From assembly GCA_013265495.1 (NCBI GenBank), contig MU057796.1, positions 310,001-374,000 of the forward strand: a stretch of 64,000 bases of DNA. The letters are read 5' to 3'. The DNA is from Vicugna vicugna. Taxonomy: Eukaryota. Position numbers and translations under genes: made by a program. The notes under the pieces were generated by a model. It saw nothing but the letters and a program-made list of their open reading frames with translations, did no database searches and was not told where the DNA came from. Shown here piece after piece: positions 11,407 to 25,145 of this stretch (position 1 is the first letter of the stretch; each line of letters begins with the position of its first letter).

Positions 11407-12139
11407 TATTTTTATAACTATATATATTGAAAACCAAGAGTTTTTACCAATCGGCTTCCAACAAGACAAGGTTTGTTCTAATCTTCTCCCTTTCACGTTT
11501 GTAACTCCCTTTTATAACCATGAGAAACTTGGCCCCCATTATCTCTAATAAGTTTCCCTATTTGTAACCACGTTTCTATCTGTACCACAACCCGCTCCCT
11601 TGCCTGTACACCCTCCTCTCCCAGCTTGGGCTGTAACAGCACTTTCTGGGCTGCACTGTATGCCTCCCACAGCCAGATGCTCTCCTCACCCAGCACGGGC
11701 TCTGATTCCCTACAGCGGACCACCCCTCTGTAGAGGTGCCTTCTGCAAACCCTCAGACTTCGATTCCTCTTGTTGGGCCCCGCATTTGGTGGTCCTCCTC
11801 ACCTCCTCACCTGCTCAGGCTCCAGTGTCCCATGTTGGGCCAGCCCTCCTCACCCTGCTTGGTCTCTGACACCCTGCGCTGGGCAGGCTTCCTGTGTAGA
11901 TGCCCCCTTCACCTCACTTGGGCTCTGACCCCCATTCCGGGTCACCCTGGCTCCACCCCCTCCATTCTGCTGGCATGGATGCCAACCCTGCTTTGTGCTA
12001 CCTCATGGCTTTTGGAGTTGTTCAGAAAGAGAAGGAGAGAAGAAGAAACAGAACAATTCTTTTAAAACTTAAATCAGATAAAAATGGTTATAGCAATTTG
12101 CATAGCCATCAGCACTCTACGACATATCTTATTCCTCTA

Positions 12140-12410
12140 TATCCTCCTGAAATGACTCCCTCTCTCATGCAGAGCAAAAGTCAAAGTCCCCATAATAGTA
12201 TCCTAAGCCCTACTTGACCGTTGCTTGTTACCCCAGTGTCTCAGCTCTTTCCGATGCCCCCCTCCCGTCCCCGTGTTCTGACTCTCCTCACATACCTGGC
12301 TTCCTTGCTGTTCCTCAAATATGTAAGGCAACCTCCTGCGGGTTCCTTGTTGTAGCTGTTTCCTCTGGTCCAAGCATTCTTCCTCCAGATATTCCTTCAA
12401 ATATCTGTGC
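12140..12410 (+). mobile_element. L2 fragment
   Basis: cagagcaaaagtcaaagtcc...ttccttgctgttcctcaaa...ctgtttcctctggtccaagcattcttcctccagat. Confidence 0.6.
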
Positions 12411-12439
12411 AAATCTCATTTTAGTAAGCTCTAATCTGA

Positions 12440-12810
12440 TGCATTCGTTTGCTCAGGCTGACATAATAAAATACACAGCCTGTGTGGTTTTAATAACAGA
12501 AATGTATTTTCTCATGATTCTGGAAGCTGGGAGTCCAAGTCCAAGGTGTCAGCAGGTTTGGTTTCTTCGTGGCCTGCAGATGGACACCGTCTCATGCCTT
12601 TTCTCTACGCATGTGCACATCCCTGGGGTCGTAAATCGCTGGTATCTCTCTCTGTCTTAGTCTTCCTTTTTAAGGACACTATTCAGAATAGTTTTTATTT
12701 AAACTTTTCTTTTTAAAAGGCCCTGTCTCCAAATACAGTCACATTCTGAGATCTGAGGGTTAGGACTTCAACATATGAACTTCGTGGGAACAAAGTTTAA
12801 TTTATAACAT
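12440..12810 (-). mobile_element. MaLR LTR (MLT1A-like)
   Basis: ctcaggctgacataataaaatacacag...ttctggaagctgggagtccaag ... ctccaaatacagtcacattctgag...ttaggacttcaacatatgaa. Confidence 0.85.
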
Positions 12811-13197
12811 CTGACCACCTAACATAATGTTGAAATTTGCACTGACCTGGTATTTCCAATCACCATCACCTTGTTCTACATTTTTATTTCCATAACTCTG
12901 ATCAACTTTTACCATAGTATATAATTTGATCCATATATATTAAGCTTTTTCTCCCCCTATTAAAATATATGTTTTACAAGGGCTTAGAGCAGTGCTTAGT
13001 AACCACTCCACGCATTGTGTTTAGTGAATGAATGAAATTAATATGTCCATTTATTGTTGATGAACATTTGGGTTATTTCCAGTTTGGTGAAGAATGTGCA
13101 ATGAATATTATTTTAAACGTACCTTGGCATACATGCGTCAGCATGGTCTCTAATGTATGTCAAAGTGTGGAATTGTGGGGTCACAGGGTACTTGTGT

Positions 13198-13560
13198 TGT
13201 ATTAGTTTCCTAGGAATGCTGTAACAAAATACCACAAACTGGGTGACTTAAAACAATAGAAATTTATCTCTTGTAGTCTGAAGGCCCAAAGCCTGAAACA
13301 GAAGTGTCAGCAGGGCCATGCTCCCTCTGAAAGTCTTAGGGAAAACTCCTCTCTTTCCTCTTCCTAGTTTCTGGTGTTTACTGGAAATCCTTACATTCCT
13401 TGGCTTGTAGCAGCACAATTCCATCTCTACCTCCGTCTTCACATGGCCTTTGTCCCTACATGCCTGTGTCTATGTTTCCAAATCGCCTTCTCCTTTCCCT
13501 TATAAGGATACTAGTTAGTGGATTAGGGCCTCCTCTAACCCTATGACTTCATTTTAACCT
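13198..13560 (-). mobile_element. MaLR LTR (MLT1B/C-like), truncated
   Basis: tgtattagtttcctaggaatgctgtaacaaaataccacaaactgggtgacttaaaacaatagaaatttat. Confidence 0.85.
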
Positions 13561-14384
13561 GAGAGAGAGCATATCACAAGGTACATGAAAGTCAGGCTTG
13601 AGCTGCAACTTTCGTTGGGCAGGTGACATTTCGGTAAACAGAAGACTTCAGCCCTGGGACCAATGGATGTGGCCACTGCCCACTCAAGAACTAGCACAAA
13701 GCCTCCTCCTCGTCGCCAGTGCCCTGGAGACACGTAGGTCACTGTCTTCCCTTTGTGTACATGCACAGCATCTTAGAAAAGCATGTCAGAGGGAGATCAT
13801 CTCAAAGATTCAGTTCCCTTGTCCAAGAGGTACATTGTCCAAGGGCTACTGAACAGTAGCTGTAAGAACTGTTCAGATGATTGGCTCGGACTAAGTTTAA
13901 ACCAGATTAGGCATTTAGTTTTTCTTTTTTTCCACTTACCTGTGGGTGCAGGAGGAAGGCCAGATGAAATAAAGACCAAATTTAGAAGTACATTTTCTGT
14001 GCAAAAGTGAGTCATGATGTGCGTTAAGAAATTGCAGCTCACTACTAAATCTTCCAGCTTGCTGCCTCTTTTGCCACTACCCATCCTGCATTTTGAAGAA
14101 TTCTTAAAATGTCTGATTATTCTCTTGTTCCACGTGTATTCTCTTGTTCCAAGTGTATAGGTGGCTCCCTCTTCTTAATAAATGGTACATCAAATGTAGG
14201 CATACAGTGTTCTGTAAGGCACTGCCTTACCCCGCTAAGCTAAGTGGGGTCCCTCCAACCTCACAGCAGTGTCCACATTCTGCATCCTGTCAGGCTCCCC
14301 TGCCCCAATGCCCCAAAACATTCCACGTTGGTGTTTCTGTCCAAATTCATGGTCATAATGTTCTTTTTGCTAAAGATATTTCTT

Positions 14385-15235
14385 TTTTTTAAAACATTTT
14401 TTATTGATTTATAATCATTTTACAATGTTGTGTCAAATTCCGGTGTTCAGCACAATTTTTCAGTCATTCATGGACATAAACACGCTCATTGTCACATTTT
14501 TTTCTCTGTGAGTTATCATAACATTTTGTGTATATTTCCCTGTGCTATACAGTGTAATCTTGTTTATCTATTCTACAATTTTGAAATCCCAGTCTATCCC
14601 TTCCCACCCTCCACCCCCCTGGTAACCACAAGTCTGTATTCTCTGTCTGTGAGTCTATTTCTGTCCTGTATTTATGCTTTGTTTTTGTTTGTTTGTTTGT
14701 TTTTNNNNNNNNNNNNNNNNNNNNNNNNNNNNNNNNNNNNNNNNNNNNNNNNNNNNNNNNNNNNNNNNNNNNNNNNNNNNNNNNNNNNNNNNNNNNNNNN
14801 NNNNNNNNNNNNNNNNNNNNNNNNNNNNNNNNNNNNNNNNNNNNNNNNNNNNNNNNNNNNNNNNNNNNNNNNNNNNNNNNNNNNNNNNNNNNNNNNNNNN
14901 NNNNNNNNNNNNNNNNNNNNNNNNNNNTGTTTTTTAGATTCCACATATGAGCGATCTCATATGGTATTTTTCTTTCTCTTTCTGGCTTACTTCACTTAGA
15001 ATGACATTCTCCAGGAGCATCCATGTTGCTGCAAATGGCATTATGTTGTCATTTTTATGGCTGAGTAGTATTCCATTGTATAAATATACCACATCTTCTT
15101 TATCCAGTCACCTGTTGATGGACATTTAGGCTGTTTCCATGTTTTGGCTATTGTAAATAGTGCTGCTATGAACATTGGGGTGCAGGTGTCATCCTGAAGT
15201 AGATTTCCTTCTGGATACAAGCCTAGGAGTGGGAT
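14385..15235 (-). mobile_element. Young lineage-specific 5'-truncated L1 with 18-bp TSD
   Basis: L1 3' end; TSD ttgctaaagatatttctt (14367-14384) / ttgcttaagatatttctt (15236-15253). Its 3' terminus is nearly identical to the reverse complement of 60109-60325. Confidence 0.9.
14705..14927. other. Assembly gap (N run)
   Basis: N characters. Confidence 1.
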
Positions 15236-15697
15236 TTGCTTAAGATATTTCTTCTCTCTTCTTAAAACACTCTGATTTCATTCATGGCCATGTTTAAAAC
15301 ACAAAAAAGTTCTTTCCCATTAGTAAGATTGTTCTAAAATCTTATTGTTGGTACTATTTTCTTCTGATAGTTTGTATATCAGCCTCATCTTTTCTTTTTG
15401 GGAAACTCTACCTTATGCCATTTTCCATTTCTCTATGACAGTTAGCATGGCAGCAGGTTGTAGTACAGACATTTATTATGTAGCTGATAATGGACAATGT
15501 GTGAAATGGAGAGGAATAAAAAGAACCCTACTTCCAATTATTAGCTGCAGTTTTAATTTTTTCATTGTTGCTGACTTTAACTTGTAATGATGTAGTATAT
15601 AATTATTCCCACTCACCTGGCAACACCTCTACATACATGTGCCAAGGTAGCAACAAAAATATCCTTGATTTACTCTTTATCATCCCAATAGTATGTA

Positions 15698-16323
15698 TGT
15701 ATATACGTATGTATGTATATTAAAGTACAGTCAATTACAAAGTGTCAATTTCTGCTGTACAGCACAATGTCCCAGTCATGCATACACATACACCTATTCA
15801 TTTTAAAGTTCTTTTTCACTAAAGGTTATTACAAGATATTGAGCATAGTTTCCTGTACTATACAGAAGAAAATTTTTTTAAATCTATTTTTATATATCAT
15901 GGCTAACACTTGTAAATCTCAAGCTCTCAAATTTATCCCTTCCCACCCCCTTTCCCTGGTAACCATAAGATTGTTTATTATGTCTGCAAGTTTGTTTCTG
16001 TTTTGTGGATGAGTTCATAGTGTCCTGTTTCTCTTTTCTTTTCTTTTCTTTAAAAGATTCCACATATGAGCGATCTCATATGGTATTTTTCTTTCTTTCT
16101 GGCTTACTTCACTTAGAATGACATTCTCCAGGGACATCCATGTTGCTGCAAATGGCATTATGTTGTCATTTTTTATGGCTGAATAGTATTGCGAGGTATA
16201 AATATACCACCACTTCTTTATCCACTCATCTGTCAATGGACATTTAGGCTGCTTCCATGTCTTAGCTGTTGTGTATAGTGGCTGCTGTGAACATTTGGGT
16301 GCATGTATCTTTTTGAATTAGAG
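15698..16323 (-). mobile_element. 5'-truncated L1 3' end
   Basis: L1 3' motifs; degenerate TSD cccaatagtatgta (15684-15697) / cccaatattattta (16324-16337). Confidence 0.85.
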
Positions 16324-16379
16324 CCCAATATTATTTAGATCATTTATACTTGTGTCACTTAGCTAAGGGATGTTAATAT

Positions 16380-16545
16380 TCAATTATCATATATTAAATA
16401 ATCACTACACACCTTTGGGGTATTATAAGCTTCATTTAAAGGGTGAGGAAACTGAAGTTTCAACTGGTTATTTGTCTAAAGTCACATAATGAGTAAATGT
16501 TGAAGAATAAGGATTTGAACATGGATCACTTAACTCCAAAACCTC
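16380..16545 (-). mobile_element. MIR SINE
   Basis: ggtgaggaaactgaag...aagtcaca...ggatttgaac...actccaaa. Confidence 0.6.
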
Positions 16546-19500
16546 GGCCATAGAGGCTTCCATAAAATACATTGAACTTGAGGGCTTAAACATTAGGATC
16601 AGACAGAGACAGCACAGCCAGAGATTTCTGAAACTTGAAAGAGGGTGAAGGATGGGAGGTGGGACAGTTGTGCCAAAGTTCAGCTTAATTCACTGTACTG
16701 CTCAGCCTTGCACTTTCCATGGCTGTGAGGTCACGGTGTGCTTTGCAGAGAAACAAAGAAGCTCTGTGAAGAAACTTTCCCTAGAAGTTCTGTTTTAAGT
16801 CTTTCTAGACTCCCTCTTATCTTTGTGAAATGAGTGGGACTGAGCTTATTTTTATTTGAAGGGTAGTGAGACTGAGATGGAAAGAGATGCAGTGATTTTG
16901 GGATATGCTATTTCATAATAACAAACTAAGTAATGTTCCCTACCACCCAAGTCCAAGAAATGGTCACAGATTCCTAACAGGTTCTTACTTCCAGCTAACA
17001 GATACTGTAATGTCTTTGTTTACTGAGAAAGTTAAAAAAAGAAAAAAGCAGTACATATTTATGAAGTAACTACACAGTTTTGGCCAATGAAGTTACGTTC
17101 AGAAAGGTACCAAAAAAAGAAATCATTGACAGCAATAAATTGGCCTCTAGGGCACAAGAGAATGGGGACAGTTAAGTGTCTGGGATTAGAAAATTTTTTT
17201 TTTTGTATGTGTGTGAAGAGTCACATTAATTAATCAGTACAAGAGGTTAAAGTCTGTAAAGAATGTGAAGCAAATGTTCCTGCTGAAATGGTAGTGACTT
17301 GAATTTCTTTTAAACAGAACCTGGGTTTCCTTCCTCATTTTGTGCAACTTTAGGGGCTCCATGGAGCCAGTCCATTCAATCTTCCTGACTTAAGCATCCT
17401 GCTGTTGACACCTCCTGGGCCTCCAGAGGCACAAATCGGTAGTATGGTACTGCCTACTTACGGAAGAAATCTCTCATCTGGGGAGCACTCAGTAATCCGC
17501 AAGTCTTCAGAAACCCACAGAAACCTAGAGGTTTCACTCTGGATGCTGAAAAGACATAAGATACTAGTTGTTTATGACACTGAGTTCTTAGATTATGTAT
17601 GTTCAATTAGATGTGTGTATTTTACAGAGAATATAAAGTGGTTTTTATAGTATGCAGCCATCAGGTATGCTAATACCTGATATTATTAAAATAAAATGCA
17701 TCAAATACTGATCGATCTTTTTGATTCCCTCCATGACTCTCAGTTCAGAAGCAGATTGCAGGTTCATTATAAAATGGGGTGGTACTAGGGCAAACTCAGG
17801 AGGCCATTTCAGAAAATGAGACTCTAACTTGGCAACCTTCAAGAGACAGGTAATAGAAGAGATCTTCTCACTGACTTACCCAGGAAGGGGAGGGTGAAGG
17901 GGACACGCATACCAACACATTCACTCCTTCATTCATGCAACATAGATAAGTGCTAAGCGCCTACTCTGTCCCAGATGCTGATGGCACAGAGACAAGGCAG
18001 ACGACCATAGATTGTAAGATCTCGTGCGGCAATCACCACAATACACCAGATAGCTAATGAAAAGACTTCTAGTTAACCCAAATCATTGCATGGACTCCTC
18101 TGTTTCATATAAAAGAGTTTACAATTTGAGAGTAAAATGTTCTTTTTAATTTTGTATGGTTATTTTAGATGTTCGGGCAACACCCAGGGCCAATGTTCAT
18201 TTTGCTATGCTTTGATTTCTGTACCTTGGCAAGGCAAGGGATATTTGTGGGTGATTATTCTGAAAAAAGTTTTTTTTCTCGATTAGATATGCCACCTACA
18301 CTGTCCTCTCATAATCATCATACCCTCCTATTAATTTTTATTTTGAAGTTCTTAACATATACAAATATATTTTCTCTATTTTGTTATGAACTTACTTATC
18401 ATATACCCCATTATTTATAGTAGCATTATGTAAAATATCCATAGCTTGAAAATACCCTTTCCTTTCAAATGTGGTTTGAATTTGCTAGTATAAATATTTT
18501 GGCATAGGGAAAAGCATTTTTAACAAGCAGGTGGCATTTAAACTATTTTATTGAGATGGCATAAGCCCAGGAAACATGTTAGAATTTTCAAATATAATTT
18601 GATTTATATGATTTGACTAAAGTTTATATTTTGGTTCTCTGTAAACCAGGACGAGGAGAACTAATTAGAATCAGGACTCAAAGCTACAAGGAGTACTTAT
18701 CGATTCAGATCATGAAAAGACCAGAATGATCAAAAGCAAGCATTCATCTCCCTCTTCATCCAGTGTTCAGGGGGTTAAGTGCTGTTTGTTTCAAATCCTT
18801 GGCATTGACTCCATCTTCATAATGAAGAGGACAATTAGTATCTCTCTCCAGTCACTGTAACGATGCAGTATGTTAATTAGCAAATCGCTCACTTAACAGA
18901 ACTCAGCGAAACATACCACTTGTTTCTCATCTTTCCTCATCTGCTTGAACATATAAACCATTGTCACATTGAGGAAAGTGCCCAAAGCCCCAGGAATGCA
19001 TATTTATTTACATTTCGACTGTACCAAGAACCGGTGTTCCGGTATTTAAAACAAGGACTGGTATAGTGTGCACATGTGGAGGTGATCCAGTCACTCTTTT
19101 CATTTGATTTAATTATATCACACAGTTGGGAACCTGTAAAAATATGCATACATAGAAGTGTCCTCTCCTTTTACACATTTCTGATGCTCAGAAAGGTTAA
19201 GTCACTGCCAAAGGATGCACAGCTCTAGTAGTAAAGCTCAACTTTTAACTTAGGGTAGGGTAGCTTCAGAATCTGGAATTTTTCTTTTACTTCTATGGTA
19301 GGTGGCCTTCTGGGACTACGTAAACGTCACCGAATAACCAGCAATGTGGTTAAATATGTACGAGTTAGTCATCTTAGCATTAAAATAGTGAAAAATTGGA
19401 AGTAGCATAAATGTCCAAAAGTTCAAAAACAGAAGAGTTTATGGTACAAGGGATTACTATTCTACCATTAAAAATCATGTTTTTGAAACAGAGCTATTTG

Positions 19501-21520
19501 AAGATACTAATAATATAATGCAAAGCAGAGAAGTAAAATCAAGTTATAAGCCAGCAGGGACAATATAAGCCTTTTTTTTTTTAAAGAAAATATATCCGAA
19601 TATAAAATGTATAGGAAAACAAGACTGGAAGACTAAAACATTTTCAGATATAATTTATATTTCTTGATTTGGAATAATGAGTGATTTTCATTCTTTTCTG
19701 TATACTTATCTGTTTTTTTAAAATTGTCTTCAATGATCATATGTTAGTTTTATGATTAAATGATGGTAAATTATATTTTCTAAGAGAAATGTACAAATGT
19801 AACTCTTCAGTGTATTAAATTCTTTCTTCTGACAATGCAGTAAATATTTACTAAATATTTACCATCTTTCATGGACTAAGAATCAAGATAGGACACAAAG
19901 TTGTAATTCATGAGCTCTGCCTTCAAAGAGCTTCCAATTTAGCTAAGAAATAGAAAAGGGTGTGCATGCTGAGTCTGTAAATCTTATGTACTAAATATTT
20001 AGTCACTATCTCTTATGTTCTGGGTTCTGTGTTGATCATATTCTCCTTTAGTCTGGACCACAGTTCTGTGAGGCCGTGCTCTTATTCTCATTTTACTTAA
20101 TCAATGAGGTGCAGAAAAAGCTACTTAAAGTAAGCTATGGGGCTGGTGTTCAGAGTCCTGGCTCACTGGCTCCAAAACATCTGCTCTTGTAGCTTCTGAG
20201 GATGAGAAACTGGAGCCCAGAGAGATTTATCTACTGGCGAAAATAGAGCATCATTTTAAATGGAGATATTGATCAACTTTGACAAGTTTGATGAACTGAT
20301 TCCCTCACCTCCCGTCCTGCCCCACCATGGGAATAACTGAGTCGATAGGTTAGTGAGTGTGTGTATCTTCTCTATGGCCTCTTTAGAATGACCTTGGGAT
20401 CATATTTAATCATTTGCTTGGCCATTTATTAATTCAATATGTACCTTACACCTTGTAGGTAGTAACAACCAGGCTCGGCACTGATGATACCAAATATACG
20501 TGAGATGGAATTACTGCCTTCTAGATGCTCACAGTGGGGATGATCTGAACAATTACTTATAAAGTGTGTGTTAGGACTGCTGTAACGGAGGGGTGCTAAT
20601 GGGCTGAGACCCCATCAAGAAGGAGGCCACTAACCCTTCCTGGGGAAATCAACTAGTTTATAAGCCCATCGAAGGCAGCAGCTCAGCTAATTTATTGTTT
20701 CTTCCTACCTTTGGAACCATTGGTTCTGCATCACAGTGGAATAAATAATCACCCAATAAATATGTGTTAAACTGTTGACATTGATTGAGGAAACCAGGAG
20801 TCAAGGGAGGTCATCACTTAAGTTTTACGATGACCAATATAAATATTTTCCACTTGATCTTCTACTCAGAACAGTTTCCATCACCCCCCCCATCACTACC
20901 CATCATCGTCCACATCTTCTGAAGATAAGACAACTCTTAGGAAAAGCATCAGATCATCTAAGTGAACAATTATTGCTTCCTCCCTCTTCATCTCAGATTG
21001 GTGGCAGAAGCAGGGAAAGTAAAGACATGATGGTCAGACACCCTACTCTGAACTGGGTCCATGGGTATCAGGACCTTCTCCAGGTTCTATAAACCAATGC
21101 TACTGACATTGCCCGATTCCTGATTCAACAACACACTTATTTGGCTCCAGCCCACCCAGGATTGACACTCTGCCTCTTGTATGCCAATGAGGTTCTTATT
21201 CCCAGCTTTCGTTCACTTCATTTTTACCTCAAATGCCCCCTTCTTTCCCTTCTCCCAATCTTTTCACAGCATCCACTTTACTATTAAACTTAAAAATATT
21301 CATAGTGTTTGACCCACTGCCAGGAATTTAATGATTTACTCCCAAAAGTTTATTAAAAATCACTACATGGTAGTTTTATAGAGGCTTTGTCTATAAATTA
21401 GGAAATTTGGAAATAGCCACAGTACCATTCATTGGCAACTGTCAAAGTGTGTTAGGTAGCATCAGCATGGTGAAGTTCTGTGCAGCCATCAGGGATTGCC
21501 ATTTTCCACCGTGTATATAC

Positions 21521-21650
21521 TTTGAGGGGAGGTGGGAAGTAATTGGATTTATTTATTTATTTACTTTTAGAGGAGGCACCGAGGATTGAACCCAGGACCT
21601 TGTGCATGCTGGGCATGTGCGCTACCACTTGAGCTATACTGTCTCTCCCT
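21521..21650 (-). mobile_element. tRNA-derived SINE, camelid Vic-1-like
   Basis: The minus strand reads ...gtatagctcaagtggtagcgcacatgcccagcatgcacaaggtcctgggttcaatcctcgg (A and B boxes), then an A-rich tail and a ccaattac...ccc terminus. Confidence 0.85.
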
Positions 21651-21933
21651 CTACCTTGTATATTTTGAGCTGAATTATCTCATCTCACCCAGGTCTGGTT
21701 TGCACTGCTTAGCATCCTCCCCCACCCCCAATCAACTTTACCTTTAAACTCTTCCCACTGCCTACCCTCCAGCTACATTCGCTTTCTTTTTCCTCTTGGA
21801 ACATGTCAGTCTCATTTCTACCATACGATAGACACCTTTTCTGCCCCCACCTCTCCATGACTGACTCTCTTACCACTCAGTTCTCAGTTTGGGCATCTCC
21901 TCCACAGGAAGTTCTATCCCCACCACCCAAGCC

Positions 21934-22145
21934 AGGGGTCTACCAACTTTTCTGGTGAAGAGCCAGCTAGTGAAGAATTTAGGCTTTGCAGGCTAACAGG
22001 CAATAACTTAAGCAGTCTGCGCCACTATTGTCACTGAAAACTCATGATCTTTTTAAATATGTAAAACTGCAAAAACCATTCTTAGCTCACAGGTCATACA
22101 AAAGCAAGATGGCAGGCAGGACTTGGCACAGACCATAGTCTAATC
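21934..22145. mobile_element. hAT-Charlie MER58-like MITE within L2
   Basis: caggggtctaccaactttt...tttaggctttgcaggc...aaaaccattcttagctcacaggtcatacaaaa. Confidence 0.7.
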
Positions 22146-24269
22146 TTTGATTTAATTTCAAGAATTATCTCTGGTTATTCTTAATCACAATGCCCTGCTA
22201 CACTTTTATTGCAGCACATATCACTACCCACTATTTTATTTATTCGTTTTTTTGTCTCCCCACGGTAGACTAGGGGTAATTCCTATCTTGTTCACTGCTA
22301 CATGCTGAGTACCTGTGAGAGTGGTTGGCACATAGCAGTTACTCAACAAACATTTGTTGAATGAATGGTAAAATTTGAAGGCATACTCTATGCTCTTTTG
22401 GGGGCAGGAGTCATGGGAGAATCATCTCGGCATGATTCATAGTCCCTAGGGGATTATCCTGAATTTTTTTCAACAAGTGAAAGAGCTCTTCAAATTTATC
22501 CTGTGCTAATATGATTTTGTGTAAGCTTACTTCAAATAAATTGCACCATTTTCAAAGGAGACAAGAGTGGAACCTTTGTCTTCCATGAATTTAGCATTTG
22601 TGGATGTCTTTTTTCAGGTGATGGGGAAGTTCATGACATGAAGTAATTTGTAATTTTGCTGAGAGGTTAATTTGAATCCTTGAGGCTGGAGAACAGGACT
22701 CAGTCTCGTAGAGACTAATGTGACCAGAAGCCAGTGTGCAGCCTAGGATGTGTGCATCTAAGGGTGGGGTGGGCACAACTTAGGATCTTGCGTGTGTATG
22801 AAAAATTGTTTCTTCTGCCAGAAAATAGGTAAAAAACGCCTGAAATGAAGACAACTTCTAGAATGATGAGGTAAGTGAAGGAGACTAAAAATGTATTAGT
22901 TCTTAGCCAGAAAATAGACCTTTTGGATAAAGAGTGGAATGTTAAATTCATTGGTGACTAGGATCTATGATATAAACAAGCCAGCCATATGTTCTTTATG
23001 AAAATTAGAAAAAGCAGAATTTGTGAAATGGATTCAGTAAGTGTTTCAGCCAGGACAGAGCTGCTCATCAAGTGAGAGTTGGTTCATTTGCATCTTATTT
23101 TGCAGTTATACAAAACTACATTGTACCAGGAAAATGGTATATTATGATGGTCTTTATGAAACTGAGAAATTTCAAGGGTTCCAGGAGCTCTCCCTCATGA
23201 GTTAAAGGATCTGTTATTTAATGAGCTCACAGGGAGTTGGCATCTTCACAAACAAGAGATGGAGATTAACCTATGAAAAAGAATTAATTAGATAGGAATA
23301 TTAACAATGGTAGACTTCAAAAGTTGAGGATGCTCTGTCCTATTGTTGAAGTGTCCATTTCTCTGCTCCTTCCTCAAAAACTGCCTTCACATTTCATTCT
23401 CATCATTATGTACTGTTGATCCTTTCCCCTCAATTCCCCTGTCAGCCGTTTTCCCCTGGAAATGTTCTACCATTAACAAATGCCTTACTGTTTAATGTTC
23501 TCTCTGAAAGTTCAGAAAATGACATAGACAATGTCTAATTATTAGCTTGCACAGTATGACCAGTGTCAACATTGTTCCAGTTTGCATAATTTCATGAACA
23601 GAATCTGCTTTACTTAAATATCATCAGACTAATTTACTCTGGATCAATGGGCAAGTGAATAACAATTATAAGACGACTGCATAGACAGAGCCTATTCCCG
23701 GGGCAAATCTGTTTCATCCAAATGATCAAAAAGTATCAGCATAACCTTTGATATATTAACTGGTGTGCTTCATTCCTGGCATCCCTTTACCCTGATTCAG
23801 CCATTGGTATACCACCAGTTAATAAATTGCCACACTTGGATCAGAGAGCCAAGTTTTGAGTTTGGCATTTTAAAAGCTGAAAATCAAGCGTGAAATCTTT
23901 TGATTTGGAAACATATACAATTAGTCAGTTTTTCTTATGGTGTCTCTGAGAATGGGGACATTACTGTGCTGGACTGAAAATCCCTGGATGGGAATGACAT
24001 GCAAAGGAAGAAAAGTAGGTCATTTTTGGGAGTCTGAAAGTGGAGAGGAATTTTGTCCTCTGTTTCCTGGGTAGAACCCAAGAAAGCAGCAGGCCCTCAG
24101 GTCGTCTGCCCCGTAGGGGTTGTATCTAATCATCCATTCACTCATTTGTCCACTCAGCATGTATTTTCTGCCCATCTAGTGGTAGGTACTGTATTTGGCA
24201 CTGGGAATGTCAATGTGTGGAAGCATGATGGCCTTGGAGCAAAAGCCTAGGGCCTGATACTGTTCAACA

Positions 24270-25145
24270 AATCTCTTTGCTCACAGTCTGCCCTGCCAAG
24301 GTGATGATGACTCCATCCCTCCAGTGTTCAAGACAAAACCTTGGCATCTTCTTTGACTCTTCTTTCTCTCACACCCTGTATCCAATCCAACAAGAGATTC
24401 TGTTGACTCTACCTTCAAAGTATATCTAAAATCCGAATACTTCTTTCCATCTCCACTGCTACTGAAATAGTTCTTAACAGGTCACTGTGCTGCAAACTTT
24501 CTTCTAGAGTGTGTTCCAGGTATAGCAACCAGAGCAACTTTATGATCTAAGTCAGATGACCTCAGTCCTCTGCTCAAAACTCTCCATGAGTTCCCATTTC
24601 ACTCAAGGAAAAGCCCAACCCAATCTGCCCTCCCCATGGCCTTTCTGAATGCATCTTTGGATTTTCTCACCTTTCCTCACTCTACTCAGCCCCAACTGGT
24701 CTTCCTGCTGTTCCTGGAATGAGCTCACTCCTGCCCACCTCCTTTTCTCCTGCTGTCCCTCTGCCTGGAATGCCCTTGTCCCTACAACCCACCTGATGAG
24801 CATCTTCACCTCTCTCAAGTCTTTGCTCATATATCGCTTTCTCGGTAAGCTCTCTTCTGACAAGCCTGTTGAAAATTTCAAACCACCACCCCCTGCCTGT
24901 GCTCCTAAATTCTCTTTACCCTGCTCTACTTTGTTCCATAGCACTTATCAACTTCTACCATACTGTGTAATTAGACTTATTTATTGTGATTATTTATCAT
25001 TTATTTCCTCCTCCCAGAGTGCACACATCAAGAAGCCAGGGATTTTTTTTAATCAGTTTTGTTTACTGGAGTTTCCCAAGAGTCCAGAACAGGTCCTGGA
25101 ATACAATAGACACTCAGAAGATATTTACTGGCAGAAGTTGTTGAA
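24270..25145 (+). mobile_element. L2 LINE 3' region
   Basis: ctttgactcttctttctctcacaccc...ccaatcca; tcctctgctcaaaactctcca; ctgcctggaatgccctt; terminus atatttactg...gttgaatg. Confidence 0.8.

Larger units (their letters stand above)
6936..12050 (-). mobile_element. Old L1 3' region (L1MC-like), interrupted by the PALM retrocopy and a Tigger1 element
   Basis: L1 3'UTR-like sequence continues across the retrocopy (ccaattatcctaataata | taacaatattctttatagcaaaa) and across the Tigger. It includes a degenerate GC-rich repeat (cctcaccctgcttggtctctgacaccc-like units) at ~11680-11990. Confidence 0.6.

Noticed and set aside
14430..14999. ORFs of 85-189 aa spanning N runs (also 59842-60288)
   Set aside because: Artefacts of translating through assembly gaps inside L1.
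18625..18780. Possible plus-strand exon after ctctgtaaaccag
   Set aside because: All three frames stop within 30 codons and no recognisable protein results.
21560..21650. tRNA-like sequence (also 48320-48397)
   Set aside because: These are heads of tRNA-derived SINEs with tails and TSDs, not tRNA genes.
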